From Candidatus Latescibacterota bacterium (GTDB lineage Bacteria; Latescibacterota; UBA2968; UBA8231): a stretch of 64,000 nucleotides of DNA. Made by a program: the position numbers and the translations under genes. The notes beneath the pieces are model-generated. The model worked only from the letters and a program-made list of their open reading frames with translations. It had not been told where the DNA came from and did not search any database. The stretch is taken from NCBI GenBank assembly GCA_965243025.1, contig CBDETY010000003.1, forward strand, positions 1,664,001-1,728,000, in the 5' to 3' direction. Of the stretch, positions 11,775-21,327 are shown one piece after another. Position 1 is the stretch's first letter. Every line of letters starts with the position of its first letter.

Positions 11775-12787
11775 CCTCCGGCCCGGGCACGGAGAAGATC
11801 CACGACTTCTACATTACTACGGTCGCCGGCCTCGAAAACGCGGTGCTCGAGTCCCTGCGCTCGCAGCTTGCCGGTGCGACGGGGTTCGAAACCGAGTCCG
11901 ACCGACGCAACGGACGGGTTTTCTTCAGATACACCCGCTCTCCCGCAAAGTTGACGACAGTTCGTTCGGCCCTGTCCACCGCGGGGGTGGTTGCCCGTTT
12001 CCGGGGTGTGACCGTGGGCGCCCCGGGACTTGACCGCCTCTGCGAGCGCCTTCGCAGGGTGGACCTGTCCGCAGCGCGGAACCTTGTCCGGGCATGTCAT
12101 CCCGAAACCGACGTCGATCGTTTCCAGCTGGCCTGCACCCTCTCGGGCTCGCACCGGTTCACGCGCCGTGATGTGGAAGAGAGGGTCCGCGCAATCCTGG
12201 CCGCAGAACACGCCCTGCAGCCTGCCGGAAAGGAGACGGGGCTTCGCTTGAGGCTGCGAATCGTCGGATCCCAGGCGTTGTTCTGCGTTCAGGTCGGTCC
12301 GCGGAGGCACCCCGGGGGACCGGGCAAGGGACTGTCCGAGGCGATGATCGCCTCGCTGATGGGGCTGTTGGAACCAGGACCCGAGGATGTCGTCCTCTGC
12401 CTGAACTGTCAGAAGGAAGGACTGGAGGAGTTGTCCCGGGCAGGCCCGAGACGCGTCGGTGCCCTCGGCGACCGCACCTTCACCCTCCAGGGAAGTGCCC
12501 TTCCCGGTGGCTTGCCCGTCGCCCCGGCACACGAAGCCCTGCCTGCCGGATCTCACTCCGCCAGCTGCGTAATCGACGGCAGCGCCGGACCGGGCATCCG
12601 GGAAAGGCTCGAGACCTTTTCCGCGGTCCTGGCGCCTGGCGGCGTGGCGGTGATTCCGTTTGCCGACCTGGAGGGGGTCGTGGCCGGGTTGCGCACCGCG
12701 CGGCTGCCTTTCGAGATTCTCGCGGCTCTGCCAATTTATATCGAAGGAAGCCCCTTCAAGTGCTGCATCCTCGAACGGCTGCAATGA
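11771..12787 (+). CDS. THUMP-domain protein with a degenerate RNA-methyltransferase-like C-terminus
   Basis: FYITTVAGLENAV N-terminus and GSHRFTRRDVE resemble THUMP/Trm14-type MTases; ATG 11771 overlaps upstream stop; SAM-binding DPxCGxG absent. Confidence 0.6.
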   Translation: MTSGPGTEKIHDFYITTVAGLENAVLESLRSQLAGATGFETESDRRNGRVFFRYTRSPAKLTTVRSALSTAGVVARFRGVTVGAPGLDRLCERLRRVDLSAARNLVRACHPETDVDRFQLACTLSGSHRFTRRDVEERVRAILAAEHALQPAGKETGLRLRLRIVGSQALFCVQVGPRRHPGGPGKGLSEAMIASLMGLLEPGPEDVVLCLNCQKEGLEELSRAGPRRVGALGDRTFTLQGSALPGGLPVAPAHEALPAGSHSASCVIDGSAGPGIRERLETFSAVLAPGGVAVIPFADLEGVVAGLRTARLPFEILAALPIYIEGSPFKCCILERLQ

Positions 12788-13431
12788 GCATCCGGCAGGA
12801 ATCGCCGGAAAAGATCCCGGCGGCCAGGCGTGAACCTCGGTATTCCGGTTCGGGTCACAGGAGCCGGTCCCCGGTCGGTTCCAGGTTCGGGCGGCTGCTC
12901 CTGCCGCTCCTGCTGTCCTTCGCTGCAACCACCTGCGGTTGCAGCGAAGAGATCGATCGCAGCGATGAATTCGGCCTTGATCAGGGTGGAGGCCGAGTCG
13001 AGGTGATCGTTCTCGACTCGAGCGGCATTCAGTACGGAGAAACCCCGGAATCAGGCGGCCCGGTCAGAGAAGGGGATAAGCCCTTTACCGGACCTGCCGG
13101 CTCTGACGGATCAACCGGGACCTCCGCTGGATCAACGGAAGACAAGGATGGACGCCAGGGGCTGCTCGCCGGAGCTGTTGCCTACCAACCGGACGGGGAG
13201 TTCACCGTACAGGTGGGCGTGTACTCCGATGTCCTGAAGGCCGGCGAGCGGGTGACGGAGCTGAGCGCTCTGGGATATCCCGCGTACGTCATCGCCCAGC
13301 CGGACGGCAAGGGGTTCCGGGTGCGCATCGGTTATTTCGGGACGCGGGAGGATGCGCGCGCGTTCGGCGACATTTTTTCCGAGGATCACGGGTCCGATTT
13401 CTGGATCGACCGCCGCGTCAATGAGCTCTGA
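12784..13431 (+). CDS. SPOR-domain (peptidoglycan-binding) protein, probable lipoprotein
   Basis: Hydrophobic stretch ending CGCS, low-complexity linker, C-terminal FTVQVGVY...FRVRIGYFGTREDA SPOR pattern. Confidence 0.8.
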   Translation: MSIRQESPEKIPAARREPRYSGSGHRSRSPVGSRFGRLLLPLLLSFAATTCGCSEEIDRSDEFGLDQGGGRVEVIVLDSSGIQYGETPESGGPVREGDKPFTGPAGSDGSTGTSAGSTEDKDGRQGLLAGAVAYQPDGEFTVQVGVYSDVLKAGERVTELSALGYPAYVIAQPDGKGFRVRIGYFGTREDARAFGDIFSEDHGSDFWIDRRVNEL

Positions 13432-13837
13432 CCGTCCGCGGCCTCGCGTTCTTTGTTGCGGCACCTTCGATCATTTCCATCCCGGGCACGAGTCCTTCCT
13501 GGCCCAGGCCGCGGCATTGGGCACGGAGCTGTTCGTCGTGATCGCCCGCGACGAGAACGTAAAGCGGATCAAAGGGCGGCTTCCCGATCACAGCGAGGAA
13601 GAGCGCATGGCAGCGGTGGAGGGAGCGGGAATCGCCGATGACGTCAGGTTGGGAAACAAGGGGTCGAACCTCCTCCAGGTAGTCTCCGAGATAGCCCCCG
13701 ACGTGATCGCTCTCGGGTACGATCAACGCCCCCCGAAGGGTCTGGCCGATGCCTTTCCGCAGAGCGAGATCGTCACGTTGAAACCGCACCGGCCCGACAT
13801 CTACAAGTCGTCGCTGTTTCGCCGGGGGGAGGAGTGA
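13421..13837 (+). CDS. cytidylyltransferase-family protein, archaeal-type FAD synthase (RibL-like)
   Basis: GTFDHFHPGH (HxGH), LFVVIARD, KGR.P...EEER, PDVIALGYDQ; ~138 aa from ATG 13421. Confidence 0.75.
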   Translation: MSSDRPRPRVLCCGTFDHFHPGHESFLAQAAALGTELFVVIARDENVKRIKGRLPDHSEEERMAAVEGAGIADDVRLGNKGSNLLQVVSEIAPDVIALGYDQRPPKGLADAFPQSEIVTLKPHRPDIYKSSLFRRGEE

Positions 13838-13858
13838 GAGAAGCGGCCGGGGCGGACG

Positions 13859-15058
13859 CTACTCCAGGTACCCCAGATCACGCAAGCGGCGTTCTATCAG
13901 GGCCTCCTGCCCCGGCTCCAGGGGCATGGGTCCGGGAAGGTCTGAATACACACTGCTCGCCATGAGCCGGCGATACCTGCCGGCATAGAAAGCCACGGTC
14001 CGAGGCTGTGCTACCGATTCCAGAACGCGGTCGGTCAATGTCTCCGTAAGGACTCCCGTCCCCGACTCTTCGTCGTAGGCGAACTTCCTTCCCTCGTCGA
14101 ACAGGGCCCACAGCAACCCTCTCCCCGGCTCCTTCCCCGGTACACCTCCGGGTTTCTCGATCCTCGTTCCCCCGCCGTTCAAGGGAGCGATCTGCGCCAG
14201 GTACTGCTCGTTCTCCCCGGCGGGTTCCCACAGCGGTCTGCCGAATCCCCGGTAGTCGCAGGAAACCCCCAGCAGACCGAGCGCGGTCGGAAACAGATCG
14301 ATGAGAGACACCAGGTTCCTGTTTACGAAGCGACGGTTGTCTCGGAAAGGCACGTGGAGAAGCAGGGGGACGTGCAGGACGCTGTTGTCGAGGGTCTGGC
14401 CGTGATACGGCTCTGAAGCCGTCCAGCTCTCGCCGTGGTCTCCGAAAACGAAAATCGCCCATTGAGCCAGATCGAGGCCTTCGATCAGGGGCGCGAGTTT
14501 GCGCTCGAAAACCTCCTCGACGGCGCGCCGATAACGAGCCGTGACCACGTCGAGCCGCCCGCTGGCGAGCAGGTCGGCGGTCTCCCCGAGAGCCATTCCG
14601 TCAGCCGCTCCGTACGGGGTATGCGTGCTCCAGTAATGGAGGAGGACGCACTGGCTTTCGGGCATCGAGCCAAGCCGGGAGAGCACCTGTCGAACACCCC
14701 CGTCAACCCCCGGGGACAGCGGCTCGACCTGGGCGCCGAGGTCGAGTCCCTCGAAGATCTCGGCGGCTTCCGAGAAAGCTGCACAGGACATCCCGGCGCC
14801 GCGGCAGGCATCGAAAAGGTTCGGAAGGCCCCTCCGCTGACGGCTGTGGCGCTGTGACAGGATACCGTGCTCGAAGGGGTAAAGGCCGGAGACCAGACTG
14901 AGGTGCACTGGCCGGGTTGCCGAGGAGACGGAGAAGCAGTTCGGCGCCATGCCGAAGTCCGCGGTCAGGCAATCGAAGCGGGGCGTTGCAACATCGGGAT
15001 GGGTGCGCGGCAGGTGATCCCCGCGCAGGCTGTCGATCGATACCAGGAGCAGGTTCAC
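13859..15058 (-). CDS. sulfatase-like / alkaline phosphatase superfamily hydrolase
   Basis: NLLLVSIDSLRGD, HTPY, GDHGE, HGQTL...HVPLL, C-terminal RLRDLGY; GTG 15058 overlaps upstream stop. Confidence 0.85.
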   Translation of the reverse strand: MNLLLVSIDSLRGDHLPRTHPDVATPRFDCLTADFGMAPNCFSVSSATRPVHLSLVSGLYPFEHGILSQRHSRQRRGLPNLFDACRGAGMSCAAFSEAAEIFEGLDLGAQVEPLSPGVDGGVRQVLSRLGSMPESQCVLLHYWSTHTPYGAADGMALGETADLLASGRLDVVTARYRRAVEEVFERKLAPLIEGLDLAQWAIFVFGDHGESWTASEPYHGQTLDNSVLHVPLLLHVPFRDNRRFVNRNLVSLIDLFPTALGLLGVSCDYRGFGRPLWEPAGENEQYLAQIAPLNGGGTRIEKPGGVPGKEPGRGLLWALFDEGRKFAYDEESGTGVLTETLTDRVLESVAQPRTVAFYAGRYRRLMASSVYSDLPGPMPLEPGQEALIERRLRDLGYLE

Positions 15059-16173
15059 GTAAGCAGGCCGCGGCCGGCGATCTCCCACACGCACTCGACG
15101 ACGCCCCCGCGGATTCCGACGAAGCGGTCGTGGAGAAAAGTGGTGCTGTCACTGTACCAGGGCAGCAGCTCGATGCGCTCCCCGACTTCGGGGCCCTGGT
15201 ATCCGTCGCGGACCGAAAAAACACCGTGCTCCGCCGACAGGTAGCGAAGCTCGAGGTCGTCCCGGCAGAGGGGGCGGGGAGCGTTCTCCGACTGAGACAG
15301 GGTCTTGAAACCGGAGTCGAGAACGACATGGCCGCGCTGGCGGCTGCTGACCGTCGCCAGCACGCTGAGGGCGAACTGCAGACCTTCGACGTGGCAGCTC
15401 TCGCGGTACATCGCGTCCATGAAGATACCGCCGCCAGCCTGCAGTTCAGTGATCCCGTCGAAGGCTGCGGTGATGGTGTACGTCCCGGTGCCCCCGGCGC
15501 TGACGATGTCGCAGCGATGGCCCTGTTGGAGGAGGGCATCCCTGCTGACAACCAGCTTTTCCAGGGCCTCGTGGCAGGCCCGCTCCTTCGCTTCGGGCGG
15601 CTCGGTTTCCAGCACGTGGCCCTCGTACCCCATGATCCCCTCCAGGCGCAGTCCCTTTCTTGCCGAGATCGCTTCGGCGAGCCCGACCACCTGCTCTCCG
15701 GGGCGGCAACCGGTGCGGTTCATGCCGATGTCGACGTCGATCAGCACCGGGATGGTCGTCCCCGCGGCGGCTGCGGCGGCGGCCATCGGCTCCAGCACGA
15801 CCTCGGTGTCGACGATCGCGATCACCCGCCCCTGGTTCTGGATCTCGGCGAGCCGGCGCTGTTTCCCCGCGCTCCCCAGCTGGTTGGCGAGCAGGATATC
15901 CCCGACGCCGTGGGACACCATCATTTCCGCTTCGCTCAGCTTCGCGCAGGTGATTCCGACGGCTCCAGCCGCCACCAGCAGATGGGCGATCTCCGGTGAC
16001 TTGTGCGCCTTGCTGTGAGGTCTCCAGGCGGTGCCGTGGCCGCGGCAGCAGGCGGCGATGGCGGCGATGTTCGACTCGAACCTGTCGAGGTCGATCAGCA
16101 GGACCGGAGTGTCGAGCTGCTCCTTTTCCAGGCCTGTCAGGGACCGGGGTGAAATCGCGGATGCAGGTGTCAT
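15055..16173 (-). CDS. DSD1 / D-threonine aldolase family PLP-dependent enzyme (fold type III)
   Basis: LDTPVLLID, RPHSKAHK, GMNRTG, GIMGYEGH, SAGGTGTY, TELQAG, LSAEHG; ORF open to 16299, ATG 16173 preferred. Confidence 0.88.
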   Translation of the reverse strand: MTPASAISPRSLTGLEKEQLDTPVLLIDLDRFESNIAAIAACCRGHGTAWRPHSKAHKSPEIAHLLVAAGAVGITCAKLSEAEMMVSHGVGDILLANQLGSAGKQRRLAEIQNQGRVIAIVDTEVVLEPMAAAAAAAGTTIPVLIDVDIGMNRTGCRPGEQVVGLAEAISARKGLRLEGIMGYEGHVLETEPPEAKERACHEALEKLVVSRDALLQQGHRCDIVSAGGTGTYTITAAFDGITELQAGGGIFMDAMYRESCHVEGLQFALSVLATVSSRQRGHVVLDSGFKTLSQSENAPRPLCRDDLELRYLSAEHGVFSVRDGYQGPEVGERIELLPWYSDSTTFLHDRFVGIRGGVVECVWEIAGRGLLT

Positions 16174-16333
16174 GGCTGTTGCGGGTTTCGAGGCCAGGGG
16201 GACGGGTTCGGAGCCCCGGGGGAGATTCCGACCGAAGCCGGGCGGCCCGGAGCAGGTCGGTCGCTTTCGCGCCGTGAACCCCGACCTGTCGGCGGCCATT
16301 CCGGGGAGAGGTATTCCGCCATGACAGTCCCTT

Positions 16334-17302
16334 CTACTCGAAGGCGTGGGGAAGGCCCCAGGTCTGGGGGTAGAGCAGCTCGCTGCCGTCCATGGCCAGG
16401 GGGGCGAGTTCCTTCATCAGATCTTCATGCAGAGGCCCGGCGGCGACCGCGGCCATGTTCTGTTCCAGCTCCGTCCTGGAGAAGGTCCCGAACAAGGTCA
16501 CGTCCGCCTGCGCAGGACCGTAGGCGGCGAAACGCAGGGCGCATTCGGACAGACCGATTCCGTGCGCGCCCGCCACAGCCGCTGCCTTGCGGGCGGCCTG
16601 CTTCAGCGGCTCCATGTTCGCCGGATAGCTTTCGGTCCGATGGGACAACACCCCCTGCAGGAACACCGAGCGCAGCACGACTCCCAGCCCCTTCTTCCGG
16701 CAGTCCGGCAGAACCCGGCGCTCGAGGCTCCTGTCGAGCAGGTTGTAGGCCACCTGGATCGTCCGAAAAGGCTTCCCCTGGCGGATCACCGCTCTGGCGT
16801 CGGCCGGGCCGTAGGAGGTCGCACCCCAGAAGCGGACCTGGCCCCTGGCGGTCAGGGACTCGACCGTTTCCAGAAGGGGAGAGCGGATTTCCTCGCGCAA
16901 GAAGGTATCCTCCTCGACGTACACCTGCACCAGGTCCAGACTGTCCGCCCTGAGACTGGCGAGGCTTTGCCTGACCGAAGCACACAGGTGCTCCGAAAGC
17001 CCGGCCCCCTCGAGCTCCGGTCCGGAGGCGGAGGCGCGCATCTTTACCTTGGTGGCGATGACGGGGCGGGATGCTCCCATGCCCGAGAACGCCTTGCCCA
17101 CCAGCTCCTCGCTGCGCCCGTACCCGGCGGCGGTATCGAAATATGTGATTCCCTGGTCGAGGGCGGCGCGCAACAGTCCGATGCACTCGTCGTCGGGGGG
17201 AGGATCGGGAAGCCCGATCCCGTACGGCAGTCCGATTTCCACTGTTCCCAACCCGACCCGGGAAACCTCGAGATCCGTCCCTCCCAGAATGCCGTTTTTC
17301 AT
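16334..17302 (-). CDS. aldo/keto reductase
   Basis: LGGTDLEVSRVGLGT, YFDTAAGYGRSEE, IATK, QVAYNLLD, RSVFLQG; ATG 17302 overlaps murQ stop. Confidence 0.9.
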   Translation of the reverse strand: MKNGILGGTDLEVSRVGLGTVEIGLPYGIGLPDPPPDDECIGLLRAALDQGITYFDTAAGYGRSEELVGKAFSGMGASRPVIATKVKMRASASGPELEGAGLSEHLCASVRQSLASLRADSLDLVQVYVEEDTFLREEIRSPLLETVESLTARGQVRFWGATSYGPADARAVIRQGKPFRTIQVAYNLLDRSLERRVLPDCRKKGLGVVLRSVFLQGVLSHRTESYPANMEPLKQAARKAAAVAGAHGIGLSECALRFAAYGPAQADVTLFGTFSRTELEQNMAAVAAGPLHEDLMKELAPLAMDGSELLYPQTWGLPHAFE

Positions 17303-18228
17303 GGGGAGGCTACTCCTGAGCGGCTCCGTTCCCCGTGGCCGACCACTTCCCTGATCCGCCCCTCGTGCTCGACGAGCAAGGCCGCCGCCCGGTTTCGACC
17401 GACTCGGCACAGTTTCATCACGATTGCCACCTTCAGGTCGCCTCCGGCGGCGCGCAGGCTCGCTTCGGAAGCCTCCCTCGTGATCCCCGTCACCATCTGA
17501 AGAATCCGCAACGACCGGTCCCGCAGCTTGGCGTTCCCGGGTTGCAGGTCGACCATGAGGTTTCCCAAGGTCTTTCCCAGCCGGATCATCGCCGCCGTGG
17601 AGATCATGTTGAGGACCATCTTGGTTGCGGTGCCCGCTTTCAGCCGCGTCGATCCGGTAACGACTTCGGGGCCTACCTGTGGCGCGATGCGGACATCCAC
17701 CCCGGGACCTTCCTGTCCCGGGACTCCACAGGTGAGCAGGATCGTGGACGCCCCGCGGGCCCTCGCCTCGCCGAGACCGCCAAGCACGAAAGGGGTGACC
17801 CCGCTCGCGGCGATTCCCATTACACAATCACCCGTCCCCACCTGGCGCCGGCGCAACTCCCCGGCTCCGGAACCGGCCTTGTCTTCGGCTCCCTCTACGG
17901 CGGCGAAGACCGCCTCCGGTCCCCCGGCGATCACCGCCTGGACCATCTCGGGATCCGTGTTGAAGGTGGGAGGGCACTCGGCCGCATCCAGCACCCCGAG
18001 GCGTCCGCTCGATCCGGCTCCGATGTAGAAGAGCCTGCCGTTCTCTCGCAGGGCGCGGACCACGAGCTCCACCGCCCTGGCGACCTGGTCGAGCTCTTTC
18101 TCCACCGCCGCGGCGACCGAGGCGTCCTCGCGGTTCATGATGCGCAGCATCTCCGCGGTGGGAGCCTCGTCGATGCGGGCGCTTGCTTCGTTGCGCTGCT
18201 CGGTCGGCAGGTCGGCCCAGTGTGCCAA
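17299..18228 (-). CDS. murQ: N-acetylmuramic acid 6-phosphate etherase
   Basis: TEQRN, GAGSSGRLGVLDAAECPPTF, EGAED, GPEVVTGSTRLKAGTATK, NLMVD. Confidence 0.95.
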   Translation of the reverse strand: MAHWADLPTEQRNEASARIDEAPTAEMLRIMNREDASVAAAVEKELDQVARAVELVVRALRENGRLFYIGAGSSGRLGVLDAAECPPTFNTDPEMVQAVIAGGPEAVFAAVEGAEDKAGSGAGELRRRQVGTGDCVMGIAASGVTPFVLGGLGEARARGASTILLTCGVPGQEGPGVDVRIAPQVGPEVVTGSTRLKAGTATKMVLNMISTAAMIRLGKTLGNLMVDLQPGNAKLRDRSLRILQMVTGITREASEASLRAAGGDLKVAIVMKLCRVGRNRAAALLVEHEGRIREVVGHGERSRSGVASP

Positions 18229-18310
18229 GGTCGGTCCTGGTGACAGGGTGTGAAAAACCGGAATGGGAGTTCAGGCGCAGACCGGCGCAGTCCTCTCATG
18301 TTTCGGTGCA

Positions 18311-18339
18311 ATTATATCATCGCTTCCCCCGGCGTGCAA
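18311..18339 (-). promoter_or_regulatory. putative sigma70 promoter for murQ operon
   Basis: TTGCAC (rc 18334-18339) - 17 bp - TATAAT (rc 18311-18316). Confidence 0.6.
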
Positions 18340-18439
18340 AGGCCGTCCGGAATTGCCATCGTTCGATGCGCCCCCCTATATTGAACTGATTGTAGAACAC
18401 GCAGTTACAACGAAAATCCCCGACTGCTGAAAGCCTTTC

Positions 18440-21190
18440 ATGTCGCTGAATCTGCCGACGAAGTACGACCCGGCCGCCGAAGCGGAATGGTACTCGTTCT
18501 GGGAGCGCGGCAACTATTTCGCCGCCCGTGTCAATCCCGGAAAAAAGCCTTTCTGCGTAACCATTCCGCCCCCGAACGTCACCGGCGAGCTGCACATGGG
18601 TCACGCCATCCAGCACGCCATCCACGACAACGTGGTGCGCCGGCGCCGCATGCAGGGGTACGAGACCCTCTGCCTTCCGGGAACCGACCATGCGGGAATC
18701 GCCACCCAGATGCAGGTGGAAAAGCGGCTCGACGGAGTCACCCGCTACGATCTCGGGCGGGAGCAGCTGCTCGAGCGCATCCGGGCATGGAAGGAGAAGT
18801 ACGGCGACACCATCTACCGGCAGCTGCGCCAGCTCGGCTGCAGCTACGACTGGAGCAGAATCCGCTTCACCCTCGACGACGACTACGTCGAAGCGGTGCT
18901 GCTCGCCTTCGAACGCTTCTACGACAACGGCTGGATATACCGCGGCACGCGCATGATCAACTGGTGCCCCTCCTGCCGCTCGGTGATCTCCGACCTCGAG
19001 ACCGAAGAGCGCCTGCTGCAGGGCAACCTCTGGCATATCCGCTACCCGGGGGCGCCGGGTGCCGAGGGCGTCGTCGTCGCCACCACCAGGCCGGAAACCA
19101 TGCTGGGGGACACCGGGGTCGCCGTCCACCCCGGGGACAGAAGGTGGCAGGCCTCGGTTGGGAGCACGGTTCTGTTGCCGCTGATGGAGCGCGAGATCCC
19201 TATCGTTGCCGATGAGCACGCCGACCCGGAAATGGGAAGCGGTGCCGTAAAGGTCACCCCCGCCCACGATCCCAACGATTACGAAATCGGCAAGAGACAC
19301 GGCCTCCCCGAGATCGCCGTCATCGGCTTCGACGCGGTGATGACCTCCGCGGCCGGCCGCTTCGCCGGGCAGGAGCGCTACGAGTGCCGGCGCAACGTCC
19401 TGTCGGCCCTGGAGTCGGAAGGCTTTCTCGAGGATACGGAGGAGTACGAGCACTCGGTTCCGCATCACGACAAGTGCGGCACCGTCATCGAGCCGCTGCC
19501 GATGGAGCAGTGGTTCATGGACATGAAGGCCCTGGCGGAAAAGACCCGTCCCTTCCTCGAGGGCCGGGAGATCGCCTACGTCCCGGACCGCTTCCGGGAG
19601 TACGCCATCGACTGGCTCGACGACATCCGCGACTGGGCGCTTTCGCGCCAGATCTGGTGGGGCCACCGCATCCCCGCCTGGTACTGCGTTCACTGCAGCG
19701 GCCCCGGAATCACGCCTTCCGGAGACATGCCGCGCGACCGCGCCCTGGCCGAGGGCAGCTTCCAGGTCTCGGTCGAAGCGGGGGCGAAGCCTGTAGTACA
19801 GAGAGAACGGCCGGACCGCTGCGGCCGGTGCGGGGGGAACGAGTTCGTCCAGGATCCGGACGTCCTCGACACCTGGTTTTCCTCGGCCCTCTGGCCGTTC
19901 GCCACCCTGGGGTGGCCGCAGACCGACGAGTCCCTGGACTACTTCTACCCGACCGACCTGATGATCACCGGCAGGGACATCCTCTACCTGTGGGTCCTGC
20001 GCATGGCCTTCACCTCCCTGGAGTTCACCGGACAGGTCCCGTTCAAAACCGTGCTCGTTCACCCCACGGTGATGACGAGGGACGGACGCCGCATGAGCAA
20101 GAGCCTGGGAACGGGGCTCAACCCGATGGATCTCGTCCGTCTGTACGGGGCCGACGCCACGCGCTACTCGCTGCTTCACCAGGCGGGGGCGATGCAGGAC
20201 ATCCGCTTCGACGCCGAAATCGCCGACAACGAGGTGAAGTCCTCGCAAAGCGCGAAGTCGGGACAGGCGTTCTGCAACAAGCTGTGGAACGCTGCGCGTT
20301 TCGTGCTCATGAACCTGGAAGGGTACGAGCCGGTGGATGAACCGAGCCCGAGCGCCGAGCTCGCGGACCGCTGGATCCGCAGCAGCTTGGCCCGGACCAT
20401 CGAACGCGTCGACGAGCACCAGGAGGGGTTCCGCTTCAGCGAGGTAACGCGCGCCCTGTACAGCTTTCTGTGGAACGACTACTGCGACTGGTACCTCGAG
20501 CTGGCCAAGCCCCGCCTGCGGGGTTCCGCTCCGGAACGCGCCATGGCGCAGGAAATCCTCGTCGAGGTGCTCGAACAGTCCCTGCGCCTGATGCACCCTG
20601 TCATGCCCTTCATCACCGAGGCCCTGTGGCAGGCATTGCCCCGGCGGGCATCCGCCGGAGAGGCGGTCATGACCGCGGCCTGGCCGGCTGCCCGAAGCGG
20701 GGACTGCGACGAAGCGGCGATGGAGGAGATGACTTTCGTGCAGGAAGTGGTCTCGGCGATCCGCAACATTCGCGGGGAGCTTCGGGTGCCTCCCGGAAAG
20801 CGGGTCGACGTCAGGCTGTCTGCGGGGCCGGCATCTGCCGAGCTGCTCGAAGGCCGGCTCGGTTACGTCGAGACGCTTGCCCTGACCCGGACCGCAGAGG
20901 TTGGGAGCGGCCTGGAGAAACCTTCGGGGGCTGCAAGCGCCATGGTCCGGGACGTCGAGGTTCAAGTTCCCCTGGAGGAGCTGATCGACGTCGGCGCGGA
21001 ACGCCGGCGCCTGCAAAAGGAGATCGACAAGCTCGGCAGGCTGTTGCAGGGGCTGGACTCCAAGCTGAACCAGTCCGCCTTCCTCGAAAGGGCTCCAGGG
21101 GAGGTGGTGGAACGGGAACGGCAGCGGCAGACCGAGTACCGGGAAAACCTGGCCAGACTCGAGACCAGTCTGGACGACCTGGGATCCTGA
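18440..21190 (+). CDS. valS: valine--tRNA ligase
   Basis: PPPNVTGELHMGHA, TTRPETMLGD, SRQIWWGHRIP, DVLDTWFSS, MSKSLG, C-terminal coiled coil. Confidence 0.97.
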   Translation: MSLNLPTKYDPAAEAEWYSFWERGNYFAARVNPGKKPFCVTIPPPNVTGELHMGHAIQHAIHDNVVRRRRMQGYETLCLPGTDHAGIATQMQVEKRLDGVTRYDLGREQLLERIRAWKEKYGDTIYRQLRQLGCSYDWSRIRFTLDDDYVEAVLLAFERFYDNGWIYRGTRMINWCPSCRSVISDLETEERLLQGNLWHIRYPGAPGAEGVVVATTRPETMLGDTGVAVHPGDRRWQASVGSTVLLPLMEREIPIVADEHADPEMGSGAVKVTPAHDPNDYEIGKRHGLPEIAVIGFDAVMTSAAGRFAGQERYECRRNVLSALESEGFLEDTEEYEHSVPHHDKCGTVIEPLPMEQWFMDMKALAEKTRPFLEGREIAYVPDRFREYAIDWLDDIRDWALSRQIWWGHRIPAWYCVHCSGPGITPSGDMPRDRALAEGSFQVSVEAGAKPVVQRERPDRCGRCGGNEFVQDPDVLDTWFSSALWPFATLGWPQTDESLDYFYPTDLMITGRDILYLWVLRMAFTSLEFTGQVPFKTVLVHPTVMTRDGRRMSKSLGTGLNPMDLVRLYGADATRYSLLHQAGAMQDIRFDAEIADNEVKSSQSAKSGQAFCNKLWNAARFVLMNLEGYEPVDEPSPSAELADRWIRSSLARTIERVDEHQEGFRFSEVTRALYSFLWNDYCDWYLELAKPRLRGSAPERAMAQEILVEVLEQSLRLMHPVMPFITEALWQALPRRASAGEAVMTAAWPAARSGDCDEAAMEEMTFVQEVVSAIRNIRGELRVPPGKRVDVRLSAGPASAELLEGRLGYVETLALTRTAEVGSGLEKPSGAASAMVRDVEVQVPLEELIDVGAERRRLQKEIDKLGRLLQGLDSKLNQSAFLERAPGEVVERERQRQTEYRENLARLETSLDDLGS

Positions 21191-21327
21191 CGGAGCTTCC
21201 ACCCGGGGCGGGCCGCTCCTGACGCGCCCGGCTGCCGGCGGTCTGGTCCCTGGCAGGCAGGCCGCTTCCGGAAACCCGCAGTCCTCGAGCCGGAGTTGTT
21301 CCGGGCGGAAACGGGAATCGGCACCAA

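Noticed and set aside
16334-17827. Apparent 497-aa extended aldo/keto reductase
   Set aside because: The extension overlaps murQ in another frame; ATG 17302 fits the AKR N-terminus
18317-21202. 961-aa antisense ORF over valS, and other long shadow ORFs (e.g. 5358-6737, 29461-30975, 45538-47196, 53954-55519)
   Set aside because: High-GC codon bias leaves antisense and alternate frames open; none has recognisable motifs and each overlaps a clear gene
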